Shown: one piece after another, positions 46,867 to 59,075 of the stretch
Position numbering within the stretch: position 1 is the first letter of the stretch
Layout: each line of letters begins with the position of its first letter
NCBI RefSeq assembly: GCF_036321535.1
Contig: NC_087436.1
Coordinates: 53,074,001 to 53,138,000, forward strand
Origin: Camelus dromedarius
Taxonomy: Eukaryota
Length of the DNA stretch: 64,000 bases
Direction: 5' to 3'
The notes under the pieces: generated by a model
Seen by the model: only the letters and a program-made list of their open reading frames with translations
What the model was told of the DNA's origin: nothing
Database searches by the model: none
Position numbers and translations under genes: made by a program

Positions 46867-48570
46867 GTATATAACAGGTAGTTTCTTTCAAAAGGAATTA
46901 TAAAGTAATTTCAAAGTAATTTCTCAGATTAGTGTAGCCTTGGTCAAAGATTCCAGAAAAAACCTAGAATGAAAATGGTATATACAAGATTTGCTGGCCT
47001 GTTTTGTATGTGTGTTGGGCATACATTGGAGTCTCAGAGGGCTCCAGTGCAGAGGGAATCAACGTTCTTTAGGAATGAATGAATGCCAACCATATGCCAG
47101 GTGCTCTGATTCATGAAGAGGTTAGGATTTCAGAAAGCCTTCAAACACGGTGAGAATGCCTGATACGCTGAGGAAGCTCTCCAGTCTAAGCCCTGTCGAA
47201 GGCACGGAGATTGAAAGAGGAAACTGGCCAACAGCCACAAAGAGGAGATCCGCGCCAACAACCCAGCATGGGGTGGGCAGGGAGCGAAGAGGGCTAGGTG
47301 TGAAGAGAACCAGAAAATCCAGAACCATAGCAAGAGACTGAAAGTGAGGAGGCTGTTTAGTTGTGCAAGGGGCAGGGAGCTGCCAAAGGGAGAAGCAGCA
47401 TGGCCCAAGCCCTTTGACAGAAAGTCTGTCCAACAGCAATGCTGTGAAAAGATGATCATCAAAGACATAGCAGAAACTTCTACCTTTGTTTCTGCCCCTT
47501 GGAGTTACCACCTGATCAACAGATTGTCCCTTGAGTGTAATCTTCTCTGAACGCTTATACAGCTTGAGTACTGCTAGATAGAGAGTGAAAACAGGTTTTG
47601 TTATACATACGTGTAAATGCCACACAAACACACACTAGAGTATTGCAGAATGCTTTATAATATATATACAATATGTGAGGTACTATATATTATTATAATG
47701 AGAGAATTATGAGATATTATCTATTACCCCTAGCCTGTAGGTAGCATTCAAGAAATATTAACTACTACACTGTGCCTCTCCATGACAGCATTTCTGCTTC
47801 TGAAAAATTCAAGTTCATTGCTACACAGGTTGCTTAAAAATACTCAATCCATGTATTGAGATAGCTTCTATTTATAAAAATAGTGCATGTTCTTTGAAGG
47901 AAATTTAGAAAATATTAAAATATTCTAAATTCTTAATCACTAAGCAAGTTGCCTCCAGAAATAAATACTTGTGAGTGTACTTGAGGCTTTACACACTATT
48001 TTGTAGTCTATTTCTTTTCCTCATAAAATTATAAACCTACCTCCTTATTTTCCAATATTCTTAAATAAATGATTTTGACAGCTCTGTCTTGTTTCATCAT
48101 ATGGCTGTATCATAATATGTTTTATCAATCTCATAGTTTCGACTACTCAGTTTTTTATGGTTTGGGGCTATGAAAATGATGTTTCAACAAACAACTTTGA
48201 ACACAAATCTTTCCAAGTATCTCTGATGATTTCCTTGAGATAAAGTCCTCTAGGTTGAATTACTGAATAAAAGGACATAAACATTCTTAAAACTTTTGAC
48301 ACAGATGTCTCACAGCCATCTACCCCCAAACATGCGGACACTCCATTCAGAAACTTCGTATTTTAGCACTTCACTCACATAAAATGATCCTGAAGACTGA
48401 GGTTTGAGAAGCTTCTGTGATTTGCTGAAACGCGTGTATCACTGCAGAAAGCACAAACTCTTACTTTCACCACCTCCTGTTCTCCCTGCCCCACCACACG
48501 CACACACACAGTATGCAAACTTTAGGAGAGACCAGAGGTTTTATGATTTTAAGTGTCTTCCTTCTTCTCT

Positions 48571-48765
48571 AGAGCAAGTGTCTCAAAGTGTGGCCCCCAT
48601 ACCAACAGCGTGGGCTTCACTTGGGAAGCTTCACCTGTTTTCAGTGCAAATCCTCAGCCAACCTCAGGCCGGTTGAATCCAAAATGGGAAAGAGACAGAG
48701 CAATCTGAGGTTTAACAAGTCCTTCGGGTGACTCTCATGCACACAATTTTAAGACCCACTGCTCT
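48571..48765. mobile_element. MER5A-like hAT relic
   Basis: TCTCAAAGTGTGG...GCAATCTGAGGTTTAACAAG...GGTGACTCTCATGCACAC...ACCCACTG. Confidence 0.7.
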
Positions 48766-50976
48766 GGACCGCCAGGCACTGGCCACCACAGCTGACCACT
48801 TTCTTGGAGGGAAGCAAGAAGGCTGATGTCCAGAGTAAAGAAGTCTGTTCTTGACCCATCCCTTTAGCACACAAGTCCCAGGGAGATATCCCCTTCCTGT
48901 CCTCATTTTCCTCATTAATTTTTTAATGGAGACAATAAACGCCTGTTTCAAAGGTTTTGTGAACATTAAAAAAAAATAGTGCTTAAGAAATATTGCTTTT
49001 CTTCCTTTTGGGCAATGTTCATCTAGCCTTTACTGTTGGCTCCTTTATTTTTTTTCTTTTGAGAGGAATCAAAGTGCACTGGACCACGAAGAGAATGGCT
49101 TTCCTATGAAGGCTCTGACAGACCGTAGGCTCCTTCTGCTTCAATGTCTCCTCAGCTATTCTGAAGCAGTTTGAGCATCCTCAAAGTTACAAAGGCACTG
49201 AAATCCCTGGGAATAGTTCAGTAGTTACTGAACACCGACCGTGTGCTGCATGGGAGATACTAAGGATATATATCGTGGTCCTGAACTTGAGAATTTCATC
49301 CTTTGTTTGGGAAGATAAAGATATTTACATAATAAAAGTAATTTTTTAATGACATGGGGCAAAAGAGAAAGGCAGTCACCCAGGTTGGTATGGTTCATTC
49401 CCAAGTGGGTGGTAGATGTAATAAGGGTACCTGGGCAGCAGGTGGCGCCGTAGCTGGCAGCTTCAATACACAGAAAATGTAATGGGAGTTGGGCTTGGTA
49501 AGATTCATTTGGGTGGAAGGGTTGGGGAGAAGAATGAGAGCAGAGGAAGTGGAGCAGAAGGATGGTGGTGTGTCTGGAGAGGGCGTGTGGAAGGAACAGG
49601 AGGGGTGCCATTCGTGAAGACCAGTGCAGATGAGGCTGGAATGAAGTGTTGAACCTGGGTGTGGAGAGGGAATTGACTTCCTGGCTTACGGGCTCAGACT
49701 GGATCCTGGGGAGGTAGCTGAGTACAATGGGCACGTGCTTGAACTCTAGAGGAAGACTCCTGGGTTGAACCCTGGCTCTGCTCTTCACCAGCTCTGAGAT
49801 CTCAGACAAGTCACTGACTCTCTCTGTGCTTCAGTTCTCCATGTACAAGAGGTGTATAATAGTTCTACCGTATAGGATTGTAATGAGAATGAAACGATTG
49901 GATACCTCTGAGTAGAGCATCTAGTAGTAGAGCAGTGCACGGCCCCTAACAGGTGCAACATAGAAAGTTTGGTAAGTAAGAAAGGCAGAGGGAGACTCTG
50001 GAAGACTTTGGTTATTTATCAGTAACTCCCATTCTTAGGAATTGTCTGCTCATCTTGTAAATGCTTTGTATGCACTCAGCCCTCCTTAGATTTTATTAAA
50101 GAGCCAGTGTCTTCTTCCCTAACTGAAGGCTATATTAGAACATTTCCACTGCTAAGCATCTCTTCATATCTCAGTAATTTGATTCATCTCACACTGAAAT
50201 CTTACTAATGACTGTGCTTATGTGGTTAATCTTCAGGCAAACTGAATGGGAGAAGTATGAAAAAAGTAGAGATAGGGAACCCAGAACAGAATGGAGGTGA
50301 CTGTGACTCACTTCCACCTACAAATGAACCAGGAAATTTAAACCTAAAGCCTGTTCTGGAAAGAGAACGTCCAAAATTTTACAAGTAATCCTAGAAGATT
50401 ATGGCAGGAATCTTCCTAGTAAAAATAGAAGGATGAAAATAGCATACAGGTTTATGTGATGTTCCAAGTCAACTGTGAATAAATTAAACTTTTATTAAGA
50501 GGAGGGTAGCAAAAGATTACTTGTTCATTTTCAATTAACTGTAATCCCACAATGGAAGGTAAATGATTAGCTAATGAACCTCCAATGGTGGACTTTCCAT
50601 GGATACAAATTCTTATATTCTTCTCCAAGATCATCAAACAGAATATGCAATTGGACAGTGGGCCCTGTGAGTGTGAATTTTGTCTGCACACTCAGGCTGA
50701 AGGTAAACAGACCTGAGCCCATTTGGGAGTTTTAGGTGTCCTGGATAGTAAGGGAATCTGACACACAAAGTAAGAGGCCAATTCTGGATAAGCAGTAGCT
50801 GAGAGAGAGGTAAAGAAATCATATGGCCTTGCTCAAGTTTCACCTCCTTGATGACTTTTTTCTTTTTTCTTTTTTCTCTTTATGCTCTCTTAGGATTTCA
50901 AATACATTTCTTTTACAACATTTATACATTGTACTAAAATTATTTTTAATTGTATTGATTTCCTTACTTCATTGAG

Positions 50977-51142
50977 TTTTTTTGTTTGTTTGTTTGTTTT
51001 GTTCTTTGGGAGGATGTGGGCCATTAGGTCTATTTATTTATTATTAGTTTTGTTTTATTTTTTAATGAAGGTAATGGGGATTGAACCCAGGACCTTGTGC
51101 ATGCTAAGCATGCACTCTACCACCTGAGCTATACCTGCCCCC
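50977..51142 (-). mobile_element. tRNA-derived SINE, camelid Vic-1-like
   Basis: GGGGATTGAACCCAGGACCTTGTGCATGCTAAGCATGCACTCTACCACCTGAGCTATACC; degenerate TSD ACTTCA(T/C)TGA at 50966 and 51143. Confidence 0.88.
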
Positions 51143-51784
51143 ACTTCACTGAATTTCTTGAGAAGAGGCAACATATCAAACTTTTTTTTAACCTAGCTCA
51201 TTTATTGATCCTAATAGACCCTCCATGTTATGTAAGATGACTGATTAAAGAAATTAATAAATTGTAGATAAGGGCCCATCATATAAACCTGGGCTAAATT
51301 TCTTCCAGTTTTTCCTCCAAACCCCTCTCTCGTCCTTTCCATCTTTGTGGATAGTCTGGATCAATAGGAACTCTTGCCCTCTGGCTTCTGTTGGTTTCAG
51401 CCAAGGCACCACAGGCAGGAGATCCAAAGGAGGAAAGAAAGTGAAGTCAGAGTGTTTGTTTCCCTGGTTTCCTCCAGGGCAGGTGGTGAGGGCTGCTTGT
51501 GTCCTTTAACTCAAGGCCATAGTGCCACACAGCTCAGGCTATTTGGGTTCCAGTGATCATTCTCTTTCTTGACCTCTCAAGCTCCCTGCTGTTATCTGTA
51601 TTCTTTTAGCAACAAATTTTTAAAAACCAAAACAATCAGGGAAATGTAGTGGATTCACAGAGCAGGTTCTGGGGTGAGACTACTTGTACGTGAATTCTAG
51701 GTTTACCATTTCTTAGCTGAGAGAATGCCTCCTGTGGGGCAAGTTAACTTGTCTTCAGTGCACCAGTTTCTCCATCTATAATTG

Positions 51785-52175
51785 TCGTGTCCAGTTCAGT
51801 AACCATTAGCCACCTGTGGCCATCACTTGAAATGAGTTAATCCAAATTGAGATGTGCTATACATGCAAATTATATATCACAATTCCAAGACCTAATCCTC
51901 CTCCCCAAAATAAAATATCCCATTTGATATGATAATACTTTGGATATACAAGGTTAAAAAAATATGATTAAAGTTCATTTCACCTGTTTATGTTTTAATA
52001 TGACTACTAGAAATTTAAATTTGTTTATCTTTATATTTACTAACATTTAAATTATAAAAATACATTTGTATTTATGGCTATTTTAAAATACATTTATACT
52101 TATAAACATTTATATTTGTAAACATAAATTAAAATTATCTATGTGCACATTACATTTCTATTGGACAGTGCTGGT
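51785..52175. mobile_element. MER33-like hAT relic inserted in a MIR
   Basis: TGTCCAG...TAGCCACCTGTGGC...AATTGAGATGTGCT...TTTCTATTGGACAGTGCTG. Confidence 0.7.
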
Positions 52176-53734
52176 CCACAACATGGAAATAATAATGCTA
52201 CCTGTTAAATATGGCTGTTGTGAGAATTAAATAATTTAATATACATAAATACTTTAAAATACCTCACCCATAAAATCACTAAATAAGTGTTAGCTTTAAA
52301 AATGCATTTGAAGGTGGTCAGATTCAGAGACGCAGGGAGCAACTTGTCACGGGGCGGTATACCAATGACAGACAGGGAATGGCTGTAGGACTCCGTAGAA
52401 GAAAATCAGCCAGGCTAAATCCTTCAGGTTTGCAGGGAGAAGCTGCCTAGGCACAGGGACTCGTGTCAGAGGCAGTTCCCAGACAGACATCTCTGCGGAA
52501 GTCAGCCGTCTCACACTGATGTTTGAAACAGGGGTCAGAATCAGAGGACAGCAGTTATATTTCTGGCTCCAGTATGTCACTTACAACGTGGACTATCACC
52601 CCGTTCCTCTTAAATTTCTGTCTCATTTATCTAGAAGGGAGTTAATGTTTGTTCTATGCATCAGGTTTCTTGTTTCTTTGGAGCAGGTTAGAGTTGCTAA
52701 ATACTCTCCATTCTCCAAATGGGTGGCAGTGTTTGACGCAGCCCGGCGGAGGAGCTGGGAAGCAGCGTAACAGAGGTGTCCAGGACACCGGGTCATGACT
52801 CTGAAGGAAGCTATTGTTTCACATCAGAGGAGCAGCTGTGATTTGTTAACATCACATGGCCGAGTCTCCTTGGTCCACGGCGTCTTCGGCTCAACTTGCT
52901 TTTGCTGTAGCACGAGGGCCTCTACAGACTGCTTCCTCCAGGGCCAGTGACACCACCACCAACACTACTCCCCACCCACTCCAATTATTTAGTCCTTTTT
53001 CTCTTCTCAGTAACATGACACTAAGGGTGCCGGTCCAGAGCTTTATGAAAACAGGACTAAGAGCTTGTTTCGAAGCTTACAGGTCCTTAAGAGCTTCTGA
53101 TTGCTGCCATTTTCAATAGCCCATTTTCCAAAGGGCTCTGACCATCTATTAGAGAATCTGGTCTGTTCTACAGGGCTAGAGAGGCTTAGCTGTACATGTG
53201 TCTGGGCTCCGAAAGTGGCAAGAACTGAGAAATATGGTGCTCAATGTAATGGACAAAAGCACTTCAATAGGAATTCCAAATATTTATTTCTTGACACATC
53301 ATTTTAAATTTACAACCAACACTGGGCTAGCTAAACTTCCATCGTGTGTATGTGTGTGTGTTTTACGGACAAGTGAGCCCCTGTTATCTGTTTTGGGCTT
53401 ATCACTATCAACACATGTATCTGTTTTACTAATAAATATTTAAAAGTGGTTAATGTGGTTCTTTCAATTTATATAAATACATTCTTTTCTTGATTTCACA
53501 TTTTACAAGTCCAAATCCATCAGTTTCTCCAAGCATCATTAAATTCTCTCAGCCATTCTGGCTTTTGTAGATTGTAGTCCAACAGACTGGAACCTCAAAA
53601 CAAGTGAAGGAAAGATGAAATGATGACTAAGTGAGGATATCCCTTTTAAAGGATAGCGAAACACATTACCATCTCAAAGAGACAGCACAAGAAAAAGTCA
53701 AATGGAGTTTCTGAAATTAGTATTTCTAATTCTT

Positions 53735-53950
53735 TTTTTTTTTATATAGTTTGAGAAGTGCTGCCTTTTTATTATTATTCTTGAAGTACAGTCAGTTCCA
53801 GTGTGTCCATTTCTGGTGTACAGCACAACGTCCCAGTCCTGCATAGACGTACACATATTTGTTTTAATATTCTTATTCATTAAAGGTTATTACAAGATAT
53901 TGAATATAGTTCCCTGTGCTATACAGAAGAAATTTGGGTTTTTTTAAAAT
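53735..53950 (-). mobile_element. Young L1 3'-end fragment downstream of the MTTP stop codon
   Basis: AAGATATTGAATATAGTTCCCTGTGCTATACAG and a poly(T) tract on +. Exact 14-bp TSD TATTTCTAATTCTT at 53721-53734 and 53951-53964. Confidence 0.9.
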
Positions 53951-54657
53951 TATTTCTAATTCTTATGTGCCAAGTCCAATATTTTTGAAGGACAGAAGGC
54001 AGAGGACTGATTGGTTTTCTTCTAGCAATCTGACGATAGGGTCAGCAGAAAGATCAGATTGTAAGTGTTAATTCCGTGTGCCTTCTCCCTCAATGTTTAA
54101 CAAAACTAACAACAGAAGAGATAAAGATTAAGTCTTGAAGTTGGTTGACAGAGCCTTTAAAAGCATTATTCCTTTCTCTGACTCTCCCACAAAAGAAAAA
54201 AAAAAAGGCTGTTTTTTCCTGATTGGGCAATGTATTTGGTAGAAACAAGCCATGTAAGATTCTACCAAGGGTTTCCATATACATTGATTGAAAATTGTTG
54301 AAACAAAATTAGGCTCTCCTGAGTGTATGTTTCATGGTTTTTTGTTTGTTTGTTTGTTTTTTACAAACGACTTCTCAGGGCAGAACCATTTTCACTATAC
54401 TAAATGGGATTTGAGAAAGCTACAAGAAAACTAAGAATGCTACTAAAGGTGAAACATACGTCAGCTCACAATGACACTGTAGGTGGTACTGAATAGGCCC
54501 AAATTGAATCACGTGAGGTTTCTTCCATCGCTTTTTACAAAAATCTTAAATACAGGTAAATATGTAAACACTGTGCTCTCAGAGAGCAAGTCCTCCAGCG
54601 CGTGGCAGTGCAGCCCTTCCGCGGAGATGGATTCCAGCGCGAGCTCACCCGTCAGTT

Positions 54658-54829
54658 TCAAAACCAACCACTGGAACTGCTCTCTGGTGGAGGAGCGAAC
54701 ACCGCCTTGCACATCTCCGAGTTCTCCTGGTGCAGTGGGAATTCAGATCCTGCTATCAGGCTTTCTTTTCTTTTCCGGGAGACATAACCTCTGCCTGTGG
54801 ACAGCCTTTCATACTTGGTCTCAAATTGC
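54658..54829 (-). CDS. MTTP: MTTP last coding exon (exon 18 equivalent) with stop codon
   Basis: (R)[56 protein letters not shown]; acceptor TTGTGCAG; TGA at 54660-54658. Typical MTP C-terminus. Confidence 0.96.
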
Positions 54830-56331
54830 CTGCACAACAACAACAATAGCAAAATTACACCCATATTAAAGTCATCCCACACCCGTCAGAGCCAAGTTGT
54901 CGAGTGAACACTTGAAGCTTTTGTTTCAAAGCCATTTGAGAAAGGCTGTGAGTGTCAAAGATGACCAGTTTTCATTCCCATGAATGGGTGGTTTTGTTTT
55001 TCTTCTCGTTTATTTTTACACCAGCAGATCCACTTCAGGTGCCTGGGATATGGGAGTCTCGTCACTCATTTTTCTGGACTGAAGGACCAAATTCCTCTCA
55101 GCTCTTTGGAGACACCTCTAAGCTTTGTGGGCCTTGCTATGTCTCCCTGCCCTCATTCCAGGAGCCCCACTCAGGGATACTCCCCTTTTGAGTAAGGAGC
55201 AAAACCAGCTGATTCGAAGCTGAGATTACTGACCTAGAAACATCCCCAGGGCTCTGGCCCGAGAGAAATGGGGACCCAAACCAGTTCACCTTGTCCCTGG
55301 ACTGCTGGTCACTGCATTTTGACCATTGGAAGGTTGAGTTTCTAAATGCATCAAGATTTATTGTAGATGTTAAGTTAGCATAAATTAGCCATAGTTTAAT
55401 ATTCGACTATAATCTACTATCTTTTCTTCTGTAAAAATATAACCTGCTCATATTTGTATTAATATCATCTAGCATTCCTTACACGGATCGTGAAATGTTA
55501 GTGAAATAATGAAGGTGCTCAACTCTGGCCTATTATCAAAGGAGATGATGCAGGACATGGCTCTCTGTTTTAAGGCTACACATTCTTTTCATGGCTAAGA
55601 GTGCGTGTCAAGGAGACCTCTACACCTACCACAGAAGCGGCAGTGCCCCCTAGACCCAGAGCATCCTCCCTCCTTGTGATAGTTTTGTTACAAGTAATTG
55701 CTACAAGATTCAAAGGGCACAGTGTCAATGACAATTCTAGAGTGGAAGACTGTTGGGAAAGCCACCTGGCCCATTACACATGTGGTTTCTGAGAAATGAA
55801 GTATTCTACTAAAAAAAAAGTTTTTTAATTCAAAATCCCAAACTCTTAAGCTTGAGCCAAAACTTACACCAGCTCAAGTTGCTGTTGCATGGACTACCTA
55901 AAAACTGTAAGTTCATTTGGGCTCTTAAACCATGGTGAATGATTGTCAGGTATTTTGTTTTGAGCTTTCTGTCCAGAAGACACTTGTGAAAATAGCTGAT
56001 AGTAAACATACATCTAGTATTTTTGCTGAAACTATGTGGCAACTCTTCTGGTAAATCAAATCCCTTGGTTTCCTTGCTAAATTATTTCTGGACTAGAATA
56101 TGGTATTATCTCCTAAATCAACTGAACTAATCATTACAGTTTTTTAATATCCTAGAAACTGACTTTTGTTTTAGTCTTAATTATTCTTTTACTCATTTAA
56201 AGAAAATTCATGTTCCACTGGTTTTTTTTACTGTTTTCTTTTAATTTCTGAAACTGAACACTCAAAACAGAATGGGAGGTTCTGGTGAGCTGGAGATAGC
56301 CCTGGAACATTTGACAAGCTCTGCTTCTTAC

Positions 56332-56502
56332 CTGTACGGAGCTGCATCCCGGTCCATCTGCAGGCAGACTAGGAACGGGTACTGAGAAAACTGCACTGTG
56401 GAGATAAACTCCAAGCCTGCTTCTGTTTCCGCACTGATTTCCAGGCCAGCTTTCACAAAAGCAGAGTCCACTGTGATGTCACCAGATATTACCACAGCTA
56501 CC
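56332..56502 (-). CDS. MTTP: MTTP coding exon (exon 17 equivalent, 171 nt)
   Basis: (R)[56 protein letters not shown](R); acceptor TTCTTCAG, donor GTAAGA; phase 2 to 2. Not in the supplied ORF track; translated by hand. Confidence 0.96.
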
Positions 56503-58486
56503 CTGAAGAATTGAGCAAATTCATCTGTTAATCACATTTAACCAAGCTGAACTAACAGCTATAATTTCACAGTGTCTGAATTTCTGACACTGATAGCTAG
56601 AAGGAAACACTTAAGGGACTAATAGGTGACCTGAGTGTGCTGACAGCTCTGTTGGTAACCAGATCCTAGTTAGTCCCAGGAATCAGGCGGTGAAGGTGTG
56701 CCCTCCCTGAGCCCTCCCCCAGCCTTCAACTGTGGATGTGGGAATGCGGTGTCTATCAGGTGCTACTGTTTGGTATGGGCATACCAAGAACCAAGATGAA
56801 AACATGCCTGGGACCCAGTCCTTTCAGGAAGTCAGAAACACCTAAGTTACCATAAAACGAAGGCTAAGCTCACCAAGAAGATGGCTGACCTCTAAAACCA
56901 TTCTCTCGGTGACTCTCTCTCGGCTTCTCTGCAGCTATTTCAGTTCCATTATATTACTTTCTTCAAAGAGTCTCTAGTGACAGAAATCTATGGTTGCCAA
57001 GATATTTGAAAAAACCACAGAATCACAAAGAGCCATTCCTACAGCGTGTACAATGGGTGCCTCAGGAAGGACAGATATGGTGGGTTCTCCAGTGTTCACC
57101 GAGAGAACTGGATGGACAGATTGGATTGACTAGGAGAGTAGCTTGGATGAAAACGAAGATGGTAAACAATCCTACTATAAGGCTTACCTCTAGAACCAGT
57201 CTAATTTAATTGTAAACTTCAAATGAGATAGAGTTGTCTATCCACGCTTTTTTGAGAGGGCTACAGCACACCTGCTGTTATTGACAGTGTGAAAGTAGGT
57301 CAGAGGTGGTACCGTTTAAATCCCTGAATCCCTTACCATATCTTCTAATACCTTACACTCAGCAGAGGCTTAAGAGATATTTTCTAAATGAACAAATGGA
57401 AAATTGAGGATGAAATTCAATGTAGGCTACAATGTAGACACTGGTAGATTCTTAGGGACACTGTTCCCCTTGTAAAAAGCCAGATTTTTTTTTTTTCATT
57501 TCTTTTCTTTTTTTTTTTTTTTTTTTTGGCTGTTGCTGTTGTTGCTTCCCTCCTGCAAAGAATTCAGTTCAGTTTCAATTGGGGAAAACTCTATCTAGAA
57601 AATACATCAGAAAGAAGAGAAAGAGGACTGATTCAAAGGGACGCCCTAAATTATATTGCTTATCCCTCTGACAGCCTGGCCGGTTTCTCATTCTTTGGTT
57701 CCATTTAGTAGCACTGTATGTGGGTCACCTTTTGTGTTAAATGTCCCACCTTTTGATTGTTCTCAATTCTTTCATCCATTGTTCAAAATAAATTAAAAAT
57801 CTAATGTTAGCACTCCTATCTCAGTTCTGTCCCACAATATTATTAAATATCCAAAAAGGTAAAAATCAATTGCCTTTCTATTTTCTTTTCATCAATACTA
57901 TACCAAACAGAAGAATAATTCTTTTGGTTATCATGCTGATTCAAAGACATTAAGTTCAATATCAAATGCTTTCACTTGATCTAATGGGTCAATGAGAAAA
58001 ACTAAAGGAGCTGAGAAAATTTTGTTTAGAAAAATGAACACTAATAAAAACACTTACGGACTCAATGTTTAAGATTTAGATTCGGCACAAAAGTGACTAT
58101 GTTTTTATCTTTCTCCCCTGAAGACGGCAAAATAAGAAAGATTTAAAATCCAAGCATGAGGTAAATGCTAAAACAATTTGCTTAAAAGTAAACTTTTCAG
58201 ACAGCGTTGTCAACTACTAAAGTGGAAAACAAGAGAAGATGACCTTCTCATCCCCTGGGCATGCTGTCCACGGATGTCTTTAAAAGCAAGAAGATCCTTG
58301 GCTGAGATCTATTAGGTACCAACCTGCTCGTAAGAAGCTAGGAAAGAATGACTTCCCATGGTTACTTTCTACTCTGTGATTTAATGATTATAAATAGAAA
58401 GCATGGATTTTGAGAAGTCAGAAGGTTAAACAATTCCAAAAACATATCTCTGCCGTTCTTTTCATAAAGTATTATACACATGCTTA

Positions 58487-58705
<219 letters not shown>

Positions 58706-58906
58706 TCAACCTCCTGCTGTAGGTAGTAGCATGTGAGTTGTGCTAATGCTGACATCTTTCTCTAGGCTCGGAAACACATTCTAATCTTGATCACCAGAAG
58801 TAGATCATTGATTATTAAAGTATCTAAGTCAATCAAAATACCAAAGAAGTGAAGTGTCAATTGAGAAGGGTGCTTTCTTTCAATCTTTGCCTCACTTTGG
58901 GAGGGA

Positions 58907-59075
58907 CAATGGTTCTCACAGTGTGGTTCCCTGATGAATACCATGAGCATCCAGGGAACTTCTGAGAAATATATGCCCCATGCCTACTAAATTAGAAACT
59001 CTGAGGGTGAGTCCCAGCAATCTGTTTTAATAAGCTTTCACGTGACTCTGATGCACCTAAATTTGAGAACCGTCA
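58907..59075. mobile_element. MER5A hAT relic in MTTP intron
   Basis: CAATGGTTCTCACAGTGTGGTTCC...CCCAGCAATCTGTTTTAATAAG...GTGACTCTGATGCAC...TTTGAGAACC (terminal inverted repeats). Confidence 0.8.

Noticed and set aside
49225..49809. 194-aa minus-strand ORF
   Set aside because: Overlaps L2/MIR-derived sequence; no recognisable protein.
54483..54869. Plus-strand 128-aa ORF
   Set aside because: Antisense shadow of the MTTP last exon.
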